A stretch of DNA of 64,000 nucleotides from Eledone cirrhosa. Lineage: Eukaryota. The stretch is from contig OZ024742.1 of assembly GCA_964016885.1 (NCBI GenBank), positions 185,318,001-185,382,000 on the forward strand, given 5' to 3'. Within the stretch, counting starts at the first letter, position 1. Every line of letters begins with the position of its first letter. Positions 12,001 through 24,100 of the stretch are shown here, in pieces. The notes beneath the pieces were generated by a model. The model was given only the letters and a program-made list of their open reading frames with translations, was not told the origin of the DNA and made no database searches. Both the position numbers and the translations under genes were made by a program.

Positions 12001-15000
12001 TTGGGGTTAAGTTAACTTGGTGTTAAGTTAAGTTGGGGCTCAGTTAAGTTGGGGTTGAGTTAAGTTGGGGTCAAGTTAAGTTGGGACTAAGCTAAGTTGG
12101 GGTTAAGTTAAGTTGGGGTTAAGTTAAGTTGGCGCTAAGTTAAGTGAAGGTTAAGTTAAGTTGGGGTTGAGTTAAGTTGGGGTTAATTTAAGTTGGGGTT
12201 GAGTTAAGTTGGGGTTGAGTTAAGTTGGGGTTGAGTTAAGTTGGGGTTACGTTAAGTTGGGGTTAAGTTAAGTTGGGGTTAAGTTAAGTTTAGGTTAACT
12301 TAAGTTGGGGTTAAGTTAAGTTGGGGTTAAGTTAAGTTGGGGCTAAGTTAAGTTGGGGCTAAGTTAAGTTGGGGCTAAGTTAAGTTGGGGTTAAGTTAAG
12401 GTGGGGTTTAGTTAAGTTGGGGTTGAGTTAAGTTGGGGTTGAGTTAAGTTGGGGTTAAGTTAAGTTGGGGTTAAGTTAAGTTACGGTTAACTTAAATTGG
12501 GGTTAAGTTAAGTTGGGGTTGAGTTAAGTTGGGGTTTAATTAAGTTGGGGTTGAGTTAAGTTGGGGTTGAGTTAAGTTGGGCTTGAGTTAAGTTGGGGTT
12601 GAGTTAAGTTGGGCTTATCTTAAGTTGGGGTTAATTTAAGATGGGGTTAAGTTAAGTTGGGGTTAAGTTAATTTGGGGTTAAGTTAAGTTGGGGTTAAGT
12701 TAAGTTGGGGTTATGTTAAGTTGGGGTTAAGTTAAGTTGAGGTTAACTTAAGTTGGGGTTAAGTTAAGTTGGGGTTAAGTTAAGTTGGGGCTAAGTTAAG
12801 TTGGGGCTAAGTTAAGTTGGGGTTAAGTTAAGTTGGGGTTAAGTTAAGTTGGGGTCAACGTAAGTTGGGGTTAAGTTAAGTTGGGGTTAAGTTAATTTGG
12901 GGGTAAGTTAAGTTGGGGTTAAGTTAAGTTGGGGTTAAGTTAAGTTGGGGTTAAGTTAAGTTGGGGCTGAGTTAAGTTGGGGCTGTGTTAAGTTGGGGTT
13001 AAGTTGGGGTTAAGTTGGGGTTAAATTAAGTTGGGGTTAATTTAATTTGGGGTTAAGTTAAGTTGGGTTTAGGTTAAGTTGGGGTTGAGTTAAGTTGGGG
13101 TTAAGTTAAGTTGGGGTTAAGTTAAGTTGAGGTTAAGTTAGGTTGGGGTTAAATTCAGTTGGGGTTAAGTTAAGTTGGGGTTAAGTTAATTTGGGGATAA
13201 GTTAAGTTGAGTTTAAGTTAAGTTGGAGTTGATTTAAGTTGAGGTTAAGTTAAGTTGTGGTAAAGTTAAGTTGGGGTTAAGTTAACTTGGGGTTAATTTA
13301 AGTTGGGGTTAAGTCAAATTGGGTTTGAGTTAAGTTAGGGTTAAGTTAAGTTGGGGTTAAGTTAAGTTGGGGTTAAGTTAAGTTGGGGTTAAGTTAAGTT
13401 GGGGTTAAATTAAGCTGGGTTTAAGTTAAGTTGGGGTTAAGTTAAGTTGGGGTTAAGTTAAGTTGGGGTTAAGTTAAGTTGAGGTTAAGTTAGGTTGGGG
13501 TTAAATTCAGTTGGGGTTAAGTTAAGTTGGGGTTAAGTTAAGTTGGGGTCAAGTTAAGTTGGGGTTAAGTTAAGTTGGGGTTAAGTTAAGTCGCGGTTAA
13601 GTTAAGTTGGGGTTAAGTTAAGATGGGGTTAAGTTAAGTTGGGGTTAAGTTAAGTTGGGGTTAAGATAAGTTGGGGTTAAGTTAAGTTGGGGTTGAGTTA
13701 AGTTGGGGTTGAGTTAATTGGGGTTAAGTTAAGTTGGGGTTAACTTAAGTTGGGTTTAAGTTAAGTTGGGGTTAAGTTAAGTTGGGGTTAAATTAAGTTG
13801 GGGTTAAGATAAGTTGGGGTTAAGTTAAGTCGGTGTTAAGTTAAGTCGGGGTTAAGTTAAGTTCGGGTTAAGTTAACTTGCTGTTAAGTTAAGTTGGGGC
13901 TCAGTTAAGTTGGGGTTGAGTTAAGTTGGGGTCAAGTTAAGTTGGGACTAAGCTAAGTTGGGGTTAAGTTAAGTTGGGGTTAAGTTAAGTTGGCGCTAAG
14001 TTAAGTGAAGGTTAAGTTAAGTTGGGGTTGAGTTAAGTTGGGGTTAAGTTAAGTTGGGGTTGAGTTAAGTTGGGGTTGAGTTAAGTTGGGGTTGAGTTAA
14101 GTTGGGGTTACGTTAAGTTGGGGTTAAGTTAAGTTGGGGTTAAGTTAAGTTTAGGTTAACTTAAGTTGGGGTTAAGTTAAGTTGGGGTTAAGTTAAGTTG
14201 GGGCTAAGTTAAGTTGGGGCTAAGTTAAGTTGGGGCTAAGTTAAGTTGGGGTTAAGTTAAGGTGGGGTTTAGTTAAGTTGGGGTTGAGTTAAGTTAGGGT
14301 TGAGTTAAGTTGGGGTTAAGTTAAGTTGGGGTTAAGTTAAGTTAGGGTTAACTTAAGTTGGGGTTAAGTTAAGTTGGGGTTGAGTTAAGTTGGGGTTTAA
14401 TTAAGTTGGGGTTAAGTTAAGTTGGGGTTGAGTTAAGTTGGGCTTGAGTTAAGTTGGGGTTGAGTTAAGTTGGGCTTATCTTAAGTTGGGGTTAATTTAA
14501 GATGGGGTTAAGTTAAGTTGGGGTTAAGTTGGGGTTAAATTAAGTTGGGGTTAATTTAAGTTGGGGTTAAGTTAAGTTGGGTTTAGGTTAAGTTGGGGTT
14601 GAGTTAAGTTGGGGTTAAGTTAAGTTGGGGTTAATTTAAGTTGGGGTTAAGTTAAGTTGGGGCTGAGTTAAGTTGGGGTTAAGTTAAGTTGGGGTTGAGT
14701 TAAGTTGGGGTTAAGTTAAGTTGGGGTTAAGTTAAGTCGGGGTTAAGTTAAGTTGGGGTTAAGTTAAGTTGGGGTTAAGTTAAGTTGGGGTTAAGTTAAG
14801 TTGGGGTTAAGTTAAGTTGGGGTTAAGTTAAGTTGGGGTTGAGTTAAGTTGGGGTTGAGTTAATTTGGGGTTAAGTTAAGTTGGGGTTAACTTAAGTTGG
14901 GGTTCAGTTAAGTTGGCGTTCAGTTAAGTTGCGGTGAAGTTAAGTTGGGGTTAACTTAAGTCGGGGTTGAGTTAAGTTGGGGTTAAGTTAAGTTGGGGTC

Positions 15001-15534
15001 AAGTTAAGTTGGGGTTAAGTTAAGTTGGGGTTATGTTAAGTTGGGGTTAAGTTAAGTTGGGGTTAAGTTAAGTCGGGGTTAAGTTAAGTTGGGGTTAAGT
15101 TAAGTTGGGGTTAAGTTAAGTTGGGGTCAAGTTAAGTTGGGGTTAAGTTAAGTTGGGGTTAAGTTAAGTCGCGGTTAAGTTAAGTTGGGGTTAAGTTAAG
15201 ATGTGGTTAAGTTAAGTTGGGGTTAAGTTAAGTTGGGGTTAAGATAAGTTGGGGTTAAGTTAAGTTGGGGTTGAGTTAAGTTGGGGTTGAGTTAATTGGG
15301 GTTAAGTTAAGTTGGGGTTAACTTAAGTTGGGGTTAAGATAAGTTGGGGTTAAGTTAAGTCGGGGTTAAGTTAAGTCGGGGTTAATTTAAGTTGGGGTTA
15401 AGTTAACTTGGTGTTAAGTTAAGTTGGGGCTCAGTTAAGTTGGGGTTGAGTTAAGTTGGGGTCAAGTTAAGTTGGGACTAAGCTAAGTTGGGGTTAAGTT
15501 AAGTTGGGGTTAAGTTAAGTTGGCGCTAAGTTAA

Positions 15535-18500
15535 GTGAAGGTTAAGTTAAGTTGGGGTTGAGTTAAGTTGGGGTTAATTTAAGTTGGGGTTGAGTTAAGT
15601 TGGGGTTGAGTTAAGTTGGGGTTGAGTTAAGTTGGGGTTACGTTAAGTTGGGGTTAAGTTAAGTTGGGGTTAAGTTAAGTTTAGGTTAACTTAAGTTGGG
15701 GTTAAGTTAAGTTGGGGTTAAGTTAAGTTGGGGCTAAGTTAAGTTGGGGCTAAGTTAAGTTGGGGCTAAGTTAAGTTGGGGTTAAGTTAAGGTGGGGTTT
15801 AGTTAAGTTGGGGTTGAGTTAAGTTGGGGTTGAGTTAAGTTGGGGTTAAGTTAAGTTGGGGTTAAGTTAAGTTACGGTTAACTTAAATTGGGGTTAAGTT
15901 AAGTTGGGGTTGAGTTAAGTTGGGGTTTAATTAAGTTGGGGTTGAGTTAAGTTGGGGTTGAGTTAAGTTGGGCTTGAGTTAAGTTGGGGTTGAGTTAAGT
16001 TGGGCTTATCTTAAGTTGGGGTTAATTTAAGATGGGGTTAAGTTAAGTTGGGGTTAAGTTAATTTGGGGTTAAGTTAAGTTGGGGTTAAGTTAAGTTGGG
16101 GTTATGTTAAGTTGGGGTTAAGTTAAGTTGAGGTTAACTTAAGTTGGGGTTAAGTTAAGTTGGGGTTAAGTTAAGTTGGGGCTAAGTTAAGTTGGGGCTA
16201 AGTTAAGTTGGGGTTAAGTTAAGTTGGGGTTAAGTTAAGTTGGGGTCAACGTAAGTTGGGGTTAAGTTAAGTTGGGGTTAAGTTAATTTGGGGGTAAGTT
16301 AAGTTGGGGTTAAGTTAAGTTGGGGTTAAGTTAAGTTGGGGTTAAGTTAAGTTGGGGCTGAGTTAAGTTGGGGCTGTGTTAAGTTGGGGTTAAGTTGGGG
16401 TTAAGTTGGGGTTAAATTAAGTTGGGGTTAATTTAATTTGGGGTTAAGTTAAGTTGGGTTTAGGTTAAGTTGGGGTTGAGTTAAGTTGGGGTTAAGTTAA
16501 GTTGGGGTTAAGTTAAGTTGAGGTTAAGTTAGGTTGGGGTTAAATTCAGTTGGGGTTAAGTTAAGTTGGGGTTAAGTTAATTTGGGGATAAGTTAAGTTG
16601 AGTTTAAGTTAAGTTGGAGTTGATTTAAGTTGAGGTTAAGTTAAGTTGTGGTAAAGTTAAGTTGGGGTTAAGTTAACTTGGGGTTAATTTAAGTTGGGGT
16701 TAAGTCAAATTGGGTTTGAGTTAAGTTAGGGTTAAGTTAAGTTGGGGTTAAGTTAAGTTGGGGTTAAGTTAAGTTGGGGTTAAGTTAAGTTGGGGTTAAA
16801 TTAAGCTGGGTTTAAGTTAAGTTGGGGTTAAGTTAAGTTGGGGTTAAGTTAAGTTGGGGTTAAGTTAAGTTGAGGTTAAGTTAGGTTGGGGTTAAATTCA
16901 GTTGGGGTTAAGTTAAGTTGGGGTTAAGTTAATTTGGGGATAAGTTAAGTTGAGTTTAAGTTAAGTTGGAGTTGATTTAAGTTGAGGTTAAGTTAAGTTG
17001 TGGTAAAGTTAAGTTGGGGTTAAGTTAAGTTGGGGTTAAGTTAAGTTGGGGTTCAGTTAAGTTGGGGTTAAGTTAAGTAGGGGTTCAGTTGGGGTTAAAT
17101 TAATTTGGGGTTAAGTTAAGTTGGGGTTAAGTTAAGTTGGGGTTAAGTTAAGTTGGGGTTGAGTTAAGTTGGGGTTAAGTTAAGTCGGGGTTAAGTTAAG
17201 TTGGGGTTAAGTTAAGTTGGGGTTAAGTTAAGTTGGGGTTAAGTTAAGTTGGGGTTGAGTTAAGTTGGGGTTAAGTTAAGTTGGGTTTAAGTTAAGTTGG
17301 GGTTAAGTTAAGTTGGGGTTAAGTTAAGGTGGGGTTAAGTTAAGTTGGGGTTAAGTTAAGTCGGGGTTAAGTTAAGTTGGGGTGAAGTTAAGTTGGGGTT
17401 AAGTTAAGTTGGGGTTAAGTTAAGTTCGGGTTAAGATAAGTTGGGGTTAAGTTAAGTTGGGGTTGAGTTAAGTTGGGGTTGAGTTAATTTGGGGTTAAGT
17501 TAAGTTGGGGTTAACTTAAGTTGGGGTTAAGTTAAGTTGGCGTTCAGTTAAGTTGCGGTTAAGTTAAGTTGGGGTTAACTTAAGTCGGGTTTAAGTTAAG
17601 TTGGGGTTAAGTTAAGTTGGGGTCAAGTTAAGTTGGGGTTAAGTTAAGTTGGGGTTAAGTTAAGTTGGGGTTAAGTTAAGTCGGGGTTAAGTTAAGTTGG
17701 GGTTAAGTTAAGTTGGGGTTAAGTTAAGTTGGGGTCAAGTTAAGTTGGGGTTAAGTTAAGTTGGGGTTCAGTTAAGTTGGGGTTAAGTTAAGTCGCGGTT
17801 AAGTTAAGTTGGGGTTAAGTTAAGATGGGGTTAAGTTAAGTTGTGGTTAAGTTAAGTTGGGGTTAAGATAAGTTGGGGTTAAGTTAAGTTGCGGTTGAGT
17901 TAAGTTGGGGTTGAGTTAATTGGGGTTAAGTTAAGTTGGGGTTAACTTAAGTTGGGTTTAAGTTAAGTTGGGGTTAAGTTAAGTTGGGGTTAAATTAAGT
18001 TGGGGTTATGATAAGTTGGGGTTAAGTTAAGTCGGGGTTAAGTTATGTCGGGGTTAAGTTAAGTTGGGGTTAAGTTAACTTGGTGTTAAGTTAAGTTGGG
18101 GTTCAGTTAAGTTGGGGTTGAGTTAAGTTGGGGGTCAAGTTAAGTTGGGGTTAAGCTAAGTTGGGGTTAAGTTAAGTTGGGGTTAAGTTAAGTTGGGGTT
18201 AATTTAAGTTTTGGTTAAGTTAAGTTGGGGCTGAGTTAAGTTGGCGTCAAGTTAAGTTGGGGTTGAGTTAAGAAGGGGTTAAGTTAACTTGGGGTTAAGT
18301 TAACTTGGGGTTAAGTTAAGTTGGGGTTAAGTTAAGTTGGGGTTAAGTTAAGTTGGGGTTAAGATAAGTTGGGGTTAAGTTAAGTTGGGGTTGAGTTAAG
18401 TTGGGGTTGAGTTAATTTGGGGTTAAGTTAAGTTGGGGTTAACTTAAGTTGGGGTTCAGTTAAGTTGGCGTTCAGTTAAGTTGCGGTGAAGTTAAGTTGG

Positions 18501-21176
18501 GGTTAACTTAAGTCGGGGTTAAGTTAAGTTGGGGTTAAGTTAAGTTGGGGTCAAGTTAAGTTGGGGTTAAGTTAAGTTGGGGTTATGTTAAGTTGGGGTT
18601 AAGTTAAGTTGGGGTTAAGTTAAGTCGGGGTTAAGTTAAGTTGGGGTTAAGTTAAGTTGGGGTTAAGTTAAGTTGGGGTCAAGTTAAGTTGGGGTTAAGT
18701 TAAGTTGGGGTTAAGTTAAGTCGCGGTTAAGTTAAGTTGGGGTTAAGTTAAGATGGGGTTAAGTTAAGTTGGGGTTAAGTTAAGTTGGGGTTAAGATAAG
18801 TTGGGGTTAAGTTAAGTTGGGGTTGAGTTAAGTTGGGGTTGAGTTAATTGGGGTTAAGTTAAGTTGGGGTTAACTTAAGTTGGGTTTAAGTTAAGTTGGG
18901 GTTAAGTTAAGTTGGGGTTAAATTAAGTTGGGGTTAAGATAAGTTGGGGTTAAGTTAAGTCGGTGTTAAGTTAAGTCGGGGTTAAGTTAAGTTCGGGTTA
19001 AGTTAACTTGCTGTTAAGTTAAGTTGGGGCTCAGTTAAGTTGGGGTTGAGTTAAGTTGGGGTCAAGTTAAGTTGGGACTAAGCTAAGTTGGGGTTAAGTT
19101 AAGTTGGGGTTAAGTTAAGTTGGCGCTAAGTTAAGTGAAGGTTAAGTTAAGTTGGGGTTGAGTTAAGTTGGGGTTAAGTTAAGTTGGGGTTGAGTTAAGT
19201 TGGGGTTGAGTTAAGTTGGGGTTGAGTTAAGTTGGGGTTACGTTAAGTTGGGGTTAAGTTAAGTTGGGGTTAAGTTAAGTTTAGGTTAACTTAAGTTGGG
19301 GTTAAGTTAAGTTGGGGTTAAGTTAAGTTGGGGCTAAGTTAAGTTGGGGCTAAGTTAAGTTGGGGCTAAGTTAAGTTGGGGTTAAGTTAAGGTGGGGTTT
19401 AGTTAAGTTGGGGTTGAGTTAAGTTAGGGTTGAGTTAAGTTGGGGTTAAGTTAAGTTGGGGTTAAGTTAAGTTAGGGTTAACTTAAGTTGGGGTTAAGTT
19501 AAGTTGGGGTTGAGTTAAGTTGGGGTTTAATTAAGTTGGGGTTAAGTTAAGTTGGGGTTGAGTTAAGTTGGGCTTGAGTTAAGTTGGGGTTGAGTTAAGT
19601 TGGGCTTATCTTAAGTTGGGGTTAATTTAAGATGGGGTTAAGTTAAGTTGGGGTTAAGTTAATTTGGGGTTAAGTTAAGTTGGGGTTAAGTTAAGTTGGG
19701 GTTATGTTAAGTTGGGGTTAAGTTAAGTTGAGGTTAACTTAAGTTGGGGTTAAGTTAAGTTGGGGTTAAGTTAAGTTGGGGCTAAGTTAAGTTGGGGCTA
19801 AGTTAAGTTGGGGTTAAGTTAAGTTGGGGTTAAGTTAAGTTGGGGTCAACTTAAGTTGGGGCTAAGTTAAGTTGGGGTTAAGTTAAGTTGCGGCTAAGTT
19901 AAGTTGGGGTTAAGTTAAGTTGGGGTTAAATTAAGTTGGGGTCAACGTAAGTTGGGGTTAAGTTAAGTTGGGGTTAAGTTAATTTGGGGGTAAGTTAAGT
20001 TGGGGTTAAGTTAAGTTGGGGTTAAGTTAAGTTGGGGTTAAGTTAAGTTGGGGCTGAGTTAAGTTGGGGCTGTGTTAAGTTGGGGTTAAGTTAAGTTGGG
20101 GTTAAGTTAAGTTGGGGTTAAGTTGGGGTTAAATTAAGTTGGGGTTAATTTAAGTTGGGGTTAAGTTAAGTTGGGTTTAGGTTAAGTTGGGGTTGAGTTA
20201 AGTTGGGGTTAAGTTAAGTTGGGGTTAATTTAAGTTGGGGTTAAGTTAAGTTGGGGCTGAGTTAAGTTGGGGTTAAGTTAAGTTGGGGTTGAGTTAAGTT
20301 GGGGTTAAGTTAAGTTGGGGTTAAGTTAAGTCGGGGTTAAGTTAAGTTGGGGTTAAGTTAAGTTGGGGTTAAGTTAAGTTGGGGTTAAGTTAAGTTGGGG
20401 TTAAGTTAAGTTGGGGTTAAGTTAAGTTGGGGTTGAGTTAAGTTGGGGTTGAGTTAATTTGGGGTTAAGTTAAGTTGGGGTTAACTTAAGTTGGGGTTCA
20501 GTTAAGTTGGCGTTCAGTTAAGTTGCGGTGAAGTTAAGTTGGGGTTAACTTAAGTCGGGGTTGAGTTAAGTTGGGGTTAAGTTAAGTTGGGGTCAAGTTA
20601 AGTTGGGGTTAAGTTAAGTTGGGGTTATGTTAAGTTGGGGTTAAGTTAAGTTGGGGTTAAGTTAAGTCGGGGTTAAGTTAAGTTGGGGTTAAGTTAAGTT
20701 GGGGTTAAGTTAAGTTGGGGTCAAGTTAAGTTGGGGTTAAGTTAAGTTGGGGTTAAGTTAAGTCGCGGTTAAGTTAAGTTGGGGTTAAGTTAAGATGTGG
20801 TTAAGTTAAGTTGGGGTTAAGTTAAGTTGGGGTTAAGATAAGTTGGGGTTAAGTTAAGTTGGGGTTGAGTTAAGTTGGGGTTGAGTTAATTGGGGTTAAG
20901 TTAAGTTGGGGTTAACTTAAGTTGGGTTTAAGTTAAGTTTGGGTTAAGTTAAGTTGGGGTTAAATTAAGTTGGGGTTAAGATAAGTTGGGGTTAAGTTAA
21001 GTCGGGGTTAAGTTAAGTCGGGGTTAATTTAAGTTGGGGTTAAGTTAACTTGGTGTTAAGTTAAGTTGGGGCTCAGTTAAGTTGGGGTTGAGTTAAGTTG
21101 GGGTCAAGTTAAGTTGGGACTAAGCTAAGTTGGGGTTAAGTTAAGTTGGGGTTAAGTTAAGTTGGCGCTAAGTTAA
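15535..21176 (+). repeat. One copy of the 5,642-bp higher-order repeat unit (3,600 + 2,042 bp sub-blocks)
   Basis: The rare variant GTGAAGG lies at 15535, 19135 and 21177 (spacings 3600, 2042). The same spacings recur at 27550, 29592 and 33192. Confidence 0.8.
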
Positions 21177-24100
21177 GTGAAGGTTAAGTTAAGTTGGGGT
21201 TGAGTTAAGTTGGGGTTAATTTAAGTTGGGGTTGAGTTAAGTTGGGGTTGAGTTAAGTTGGGGTTGAGTTAAGTTGGGGTTACGTTAAGTTGGGGTTAAG
21301 TTAAGTTGGGGTTAAGTTAAGTTTAGGTTAACTTAAGTTGGGGTTAAGTTAAGTTGGGGTTAAGTTAAGTTGGGGCTAAGTTAAGTTGGGGCTAAGTTAA
21401 GTTGGGGCTAAGTTAAGTTGGGGTTAAGTTAAGGTGGGGTTTAGTTAAGTTGGGGTTGAGTTAAGTTGGGGTTGAGTTAAGTTGGGGTTAAGTTAAGTTG
21501 GGGTTAAGTTAAGTTACGGTTAACTTAAATTGGGGTTAAGTTAAGTTGGGGTTGAGTTAAGTTGGGGATTAATTAAGTTGGGGTTGAGTTAAGTTGGGGT
21601 TGAGTTAAGTTGGGCTTGAGTTAAGTTGGGGTTGAGTTAAGTTGGGCTTATCTTAAGTTGGGGTTAATTTAAGATGGGGTTAAGTTAAGTTGGGGTTAAG
21701 TTAATTTGGGGTTAAGTTAAGTTGGGGTTAAGTTAAGTTGGGGTTATGTTAAGTTGGGGTTAAGTTAAGTTGAGGTTAACTTAAGTTGGGGTTAAGTTAA
21801 GTTGGGGTTAAGTTAAGTTGGGGCTAAGTTAAGTTGGGGCTAAGTTAAGTTGGGGTTAAGTTAAGTTGGGGTTAAGTTAAGTTGGGGTCAACGTAAGTTG
21901 GGGTTAAGTTAAGTTGGGGTTAAGTTAATTTGGGGGTAAGTTAAGTTGGGGTTAAGTTAAGTTGGGGTTAAGTTAAGTTGGGGTTAAGTTAAGTTGGGGC
22001 TGAGTTAAGTTGGGGCTGTGTTAAGTTGGGGTTAAGTTGGGGTTAAGTTGGGGTTAAATTAAGTTGGGGTTAATTTAATTTGGGGTTAAGTTAAGTTGGG
22101 TTTAGGTTAAGTTGGGGTTGAGTTAAGTTGGGGTTAAGTTAAGTTGGGGTTAAGTTAAGTTGAGGTTAAGTTAGGTTGGGGTTAAATTCAGTTGGGGTTA
22201 AGTTAAGTTGGGGTTAAGTTAATTTGGGGATAAGTTAAGTTGAGTTTAAGTTAAGTTGGAGTTGATTTAAGTTGAGGTTAAGTTAAGTTGTGGTAAAGTT
22301 AAGTTGGGGTTAAGTTAACTTGGGGTTAATTTAAGTTGGGGTTAAGTCAAATTGGGTTTGAGTTAAGTTAGGGTTAAGTTAAGTTGGGGTTAAGTTAAGT
22401 TGGGGTTAAGTTAAGTTGGGGTTAAATTAAGCTGGGTTTAAGTTAAGTTGGGGTTAAGTTAAGTTGGGGTTAAGTTAAGTTGGGGTTAAGTTAAGTTGAG
22501 GTTAAGTTAGGTTGGGGTTAAATTCAGTTGGGGTTAAGTTAAGTTGGGGTTAAGTTAATTTGGGGATAAGTTAAGTTGAGTTTAAGTTAAGTTGGAGTTG
22601 ATTTAAGTTGAGGTTAAGTTAAGTTGTGGTAAAGTTAAGTTGGGGTTAAGTTAAGTTGGGGTTAAGTTAAGTTGGGGTTCAGTTAAGTTGGGGTTAAGTT
22701 AAGTAGGGGTTCAGTTGGGGTTAAATTAATTTGGGGTTAAGTTAAGTTGGGGTTAAGTTAAGTTGGGGTTAAGTTAAGTTGGGGTTGAGTTAAGTTGGGG
22801 TTAAGTTAAGTCGGGGTTAAGTTAAGTTGGGGTTAAGTTAAGTTGGGGTTAAGTTAAGTTGGGGTTAAGTTAAGTTGGGGTTGAGTTAAGTTGGGGTTAA
22901 GTTAAGTTGGGTTTAAGTTAAGTTGGGGTTAAGTTAAGTTGGGGTTAAGTTAAGGTGGGGTTAAGTTAAGTTGGGGTTAAGTTAAGTCGGGGTTAAGTTA
23001 AGTTGGGGTGAAGTTAAGTTGGGGTTAAGTTAAGTTGGGGTTAAGTTAAGTTCGGGTTAAGATAAGTTGGGGTTAAGTTAAGTTGGGGTTGAGTTAAGTT
23101 GGGGTTGAGTTAATTTGGGGTTAAGTTAAGTTGGGGTTAACTTAAGTTGGGGTTCAGTTAAGTTGGCGTTCAGTTAAGTTGCGGTGAAGTTAAGTTGGGG
23201 TTAACTTAAGTCGGGGTTGAGTTAAGTTGGGGTTAAGTTAAGTTGGGGTCAAGTTAAGTTGGGGTTAAGTTAAGTTGGGGTTATGTTAAGTTGGGGTTAA
23301 GTTAAGTTGGGGTTAAGTTAAGTCGGGGTTAAGTTAAGTTGGGGTTAAGTTAAGTTGGGGTTAAGTTAAGTTGGGGTCAAGTTAAGTTGGGGTTAAGTTA
23401 AGTTGGGGTTAAGTTAAGTCGCGGTTAAGTTAAGTTGGGGTTAAGTTAAGATGTGGTTAAGTTAAGTTGGGGTTAAGTTAAGTTGGGGTTAAGATAAGTT
23501 GGGGTTAAGTTAAGTTGGGGTTGAGTTAAGTTGGGGTTGAGTTAATTGGGGTTAAGTTAAGTTGGGGTTAACTTAAGTTGGGTTTAAGTTAAGTTTGGGT
23601 TAAGTTAAGTTGGGGTTAAATTAAGTTGGGGTTAAGATAAGTTGGGGTTAAGTTAAGTCGGGGTTAAGTTAAGTCGGGGTTAATTTAAGTTGGGGTTAAG
23701 TTAACTTGGTGTTAAGTTAAGTTGGGGCTCAGTTAAGTTGGGGTTGAGTTAAGTTGGGGTCAAGTTAAGTTGGGACTAAGCTAAGTTGGGGTTAAGTTAA
23801 GTTGGGGTTAAGTTAAGTTGGCGCTAAGTTAAGTGAAGGTTAAGTTAAGTTGGGGTTGAGTTAAGTTGGGGTTAATTTAAGTTGGGGTTGAGTTAAGTTG
23901 GGGTTGAGTTAAGTTGGGGTTGAGTTAAGTTGGGGTTACGTTAAGTTGGGGTTAAGTTAAGTTGGGGTTAAGTTAAGTTTAGGTTAACTTAAGTTGGGGT
24001 TAAGTTAAGTTGGGGTTAAGTTAAGTTGGGGCTAAGTTAAGTTGGGGCTAAGTTAAGTTGGGGCTAAGTTAAGTTGGGGTTAAGTTAAGGTGGGGTTTAG

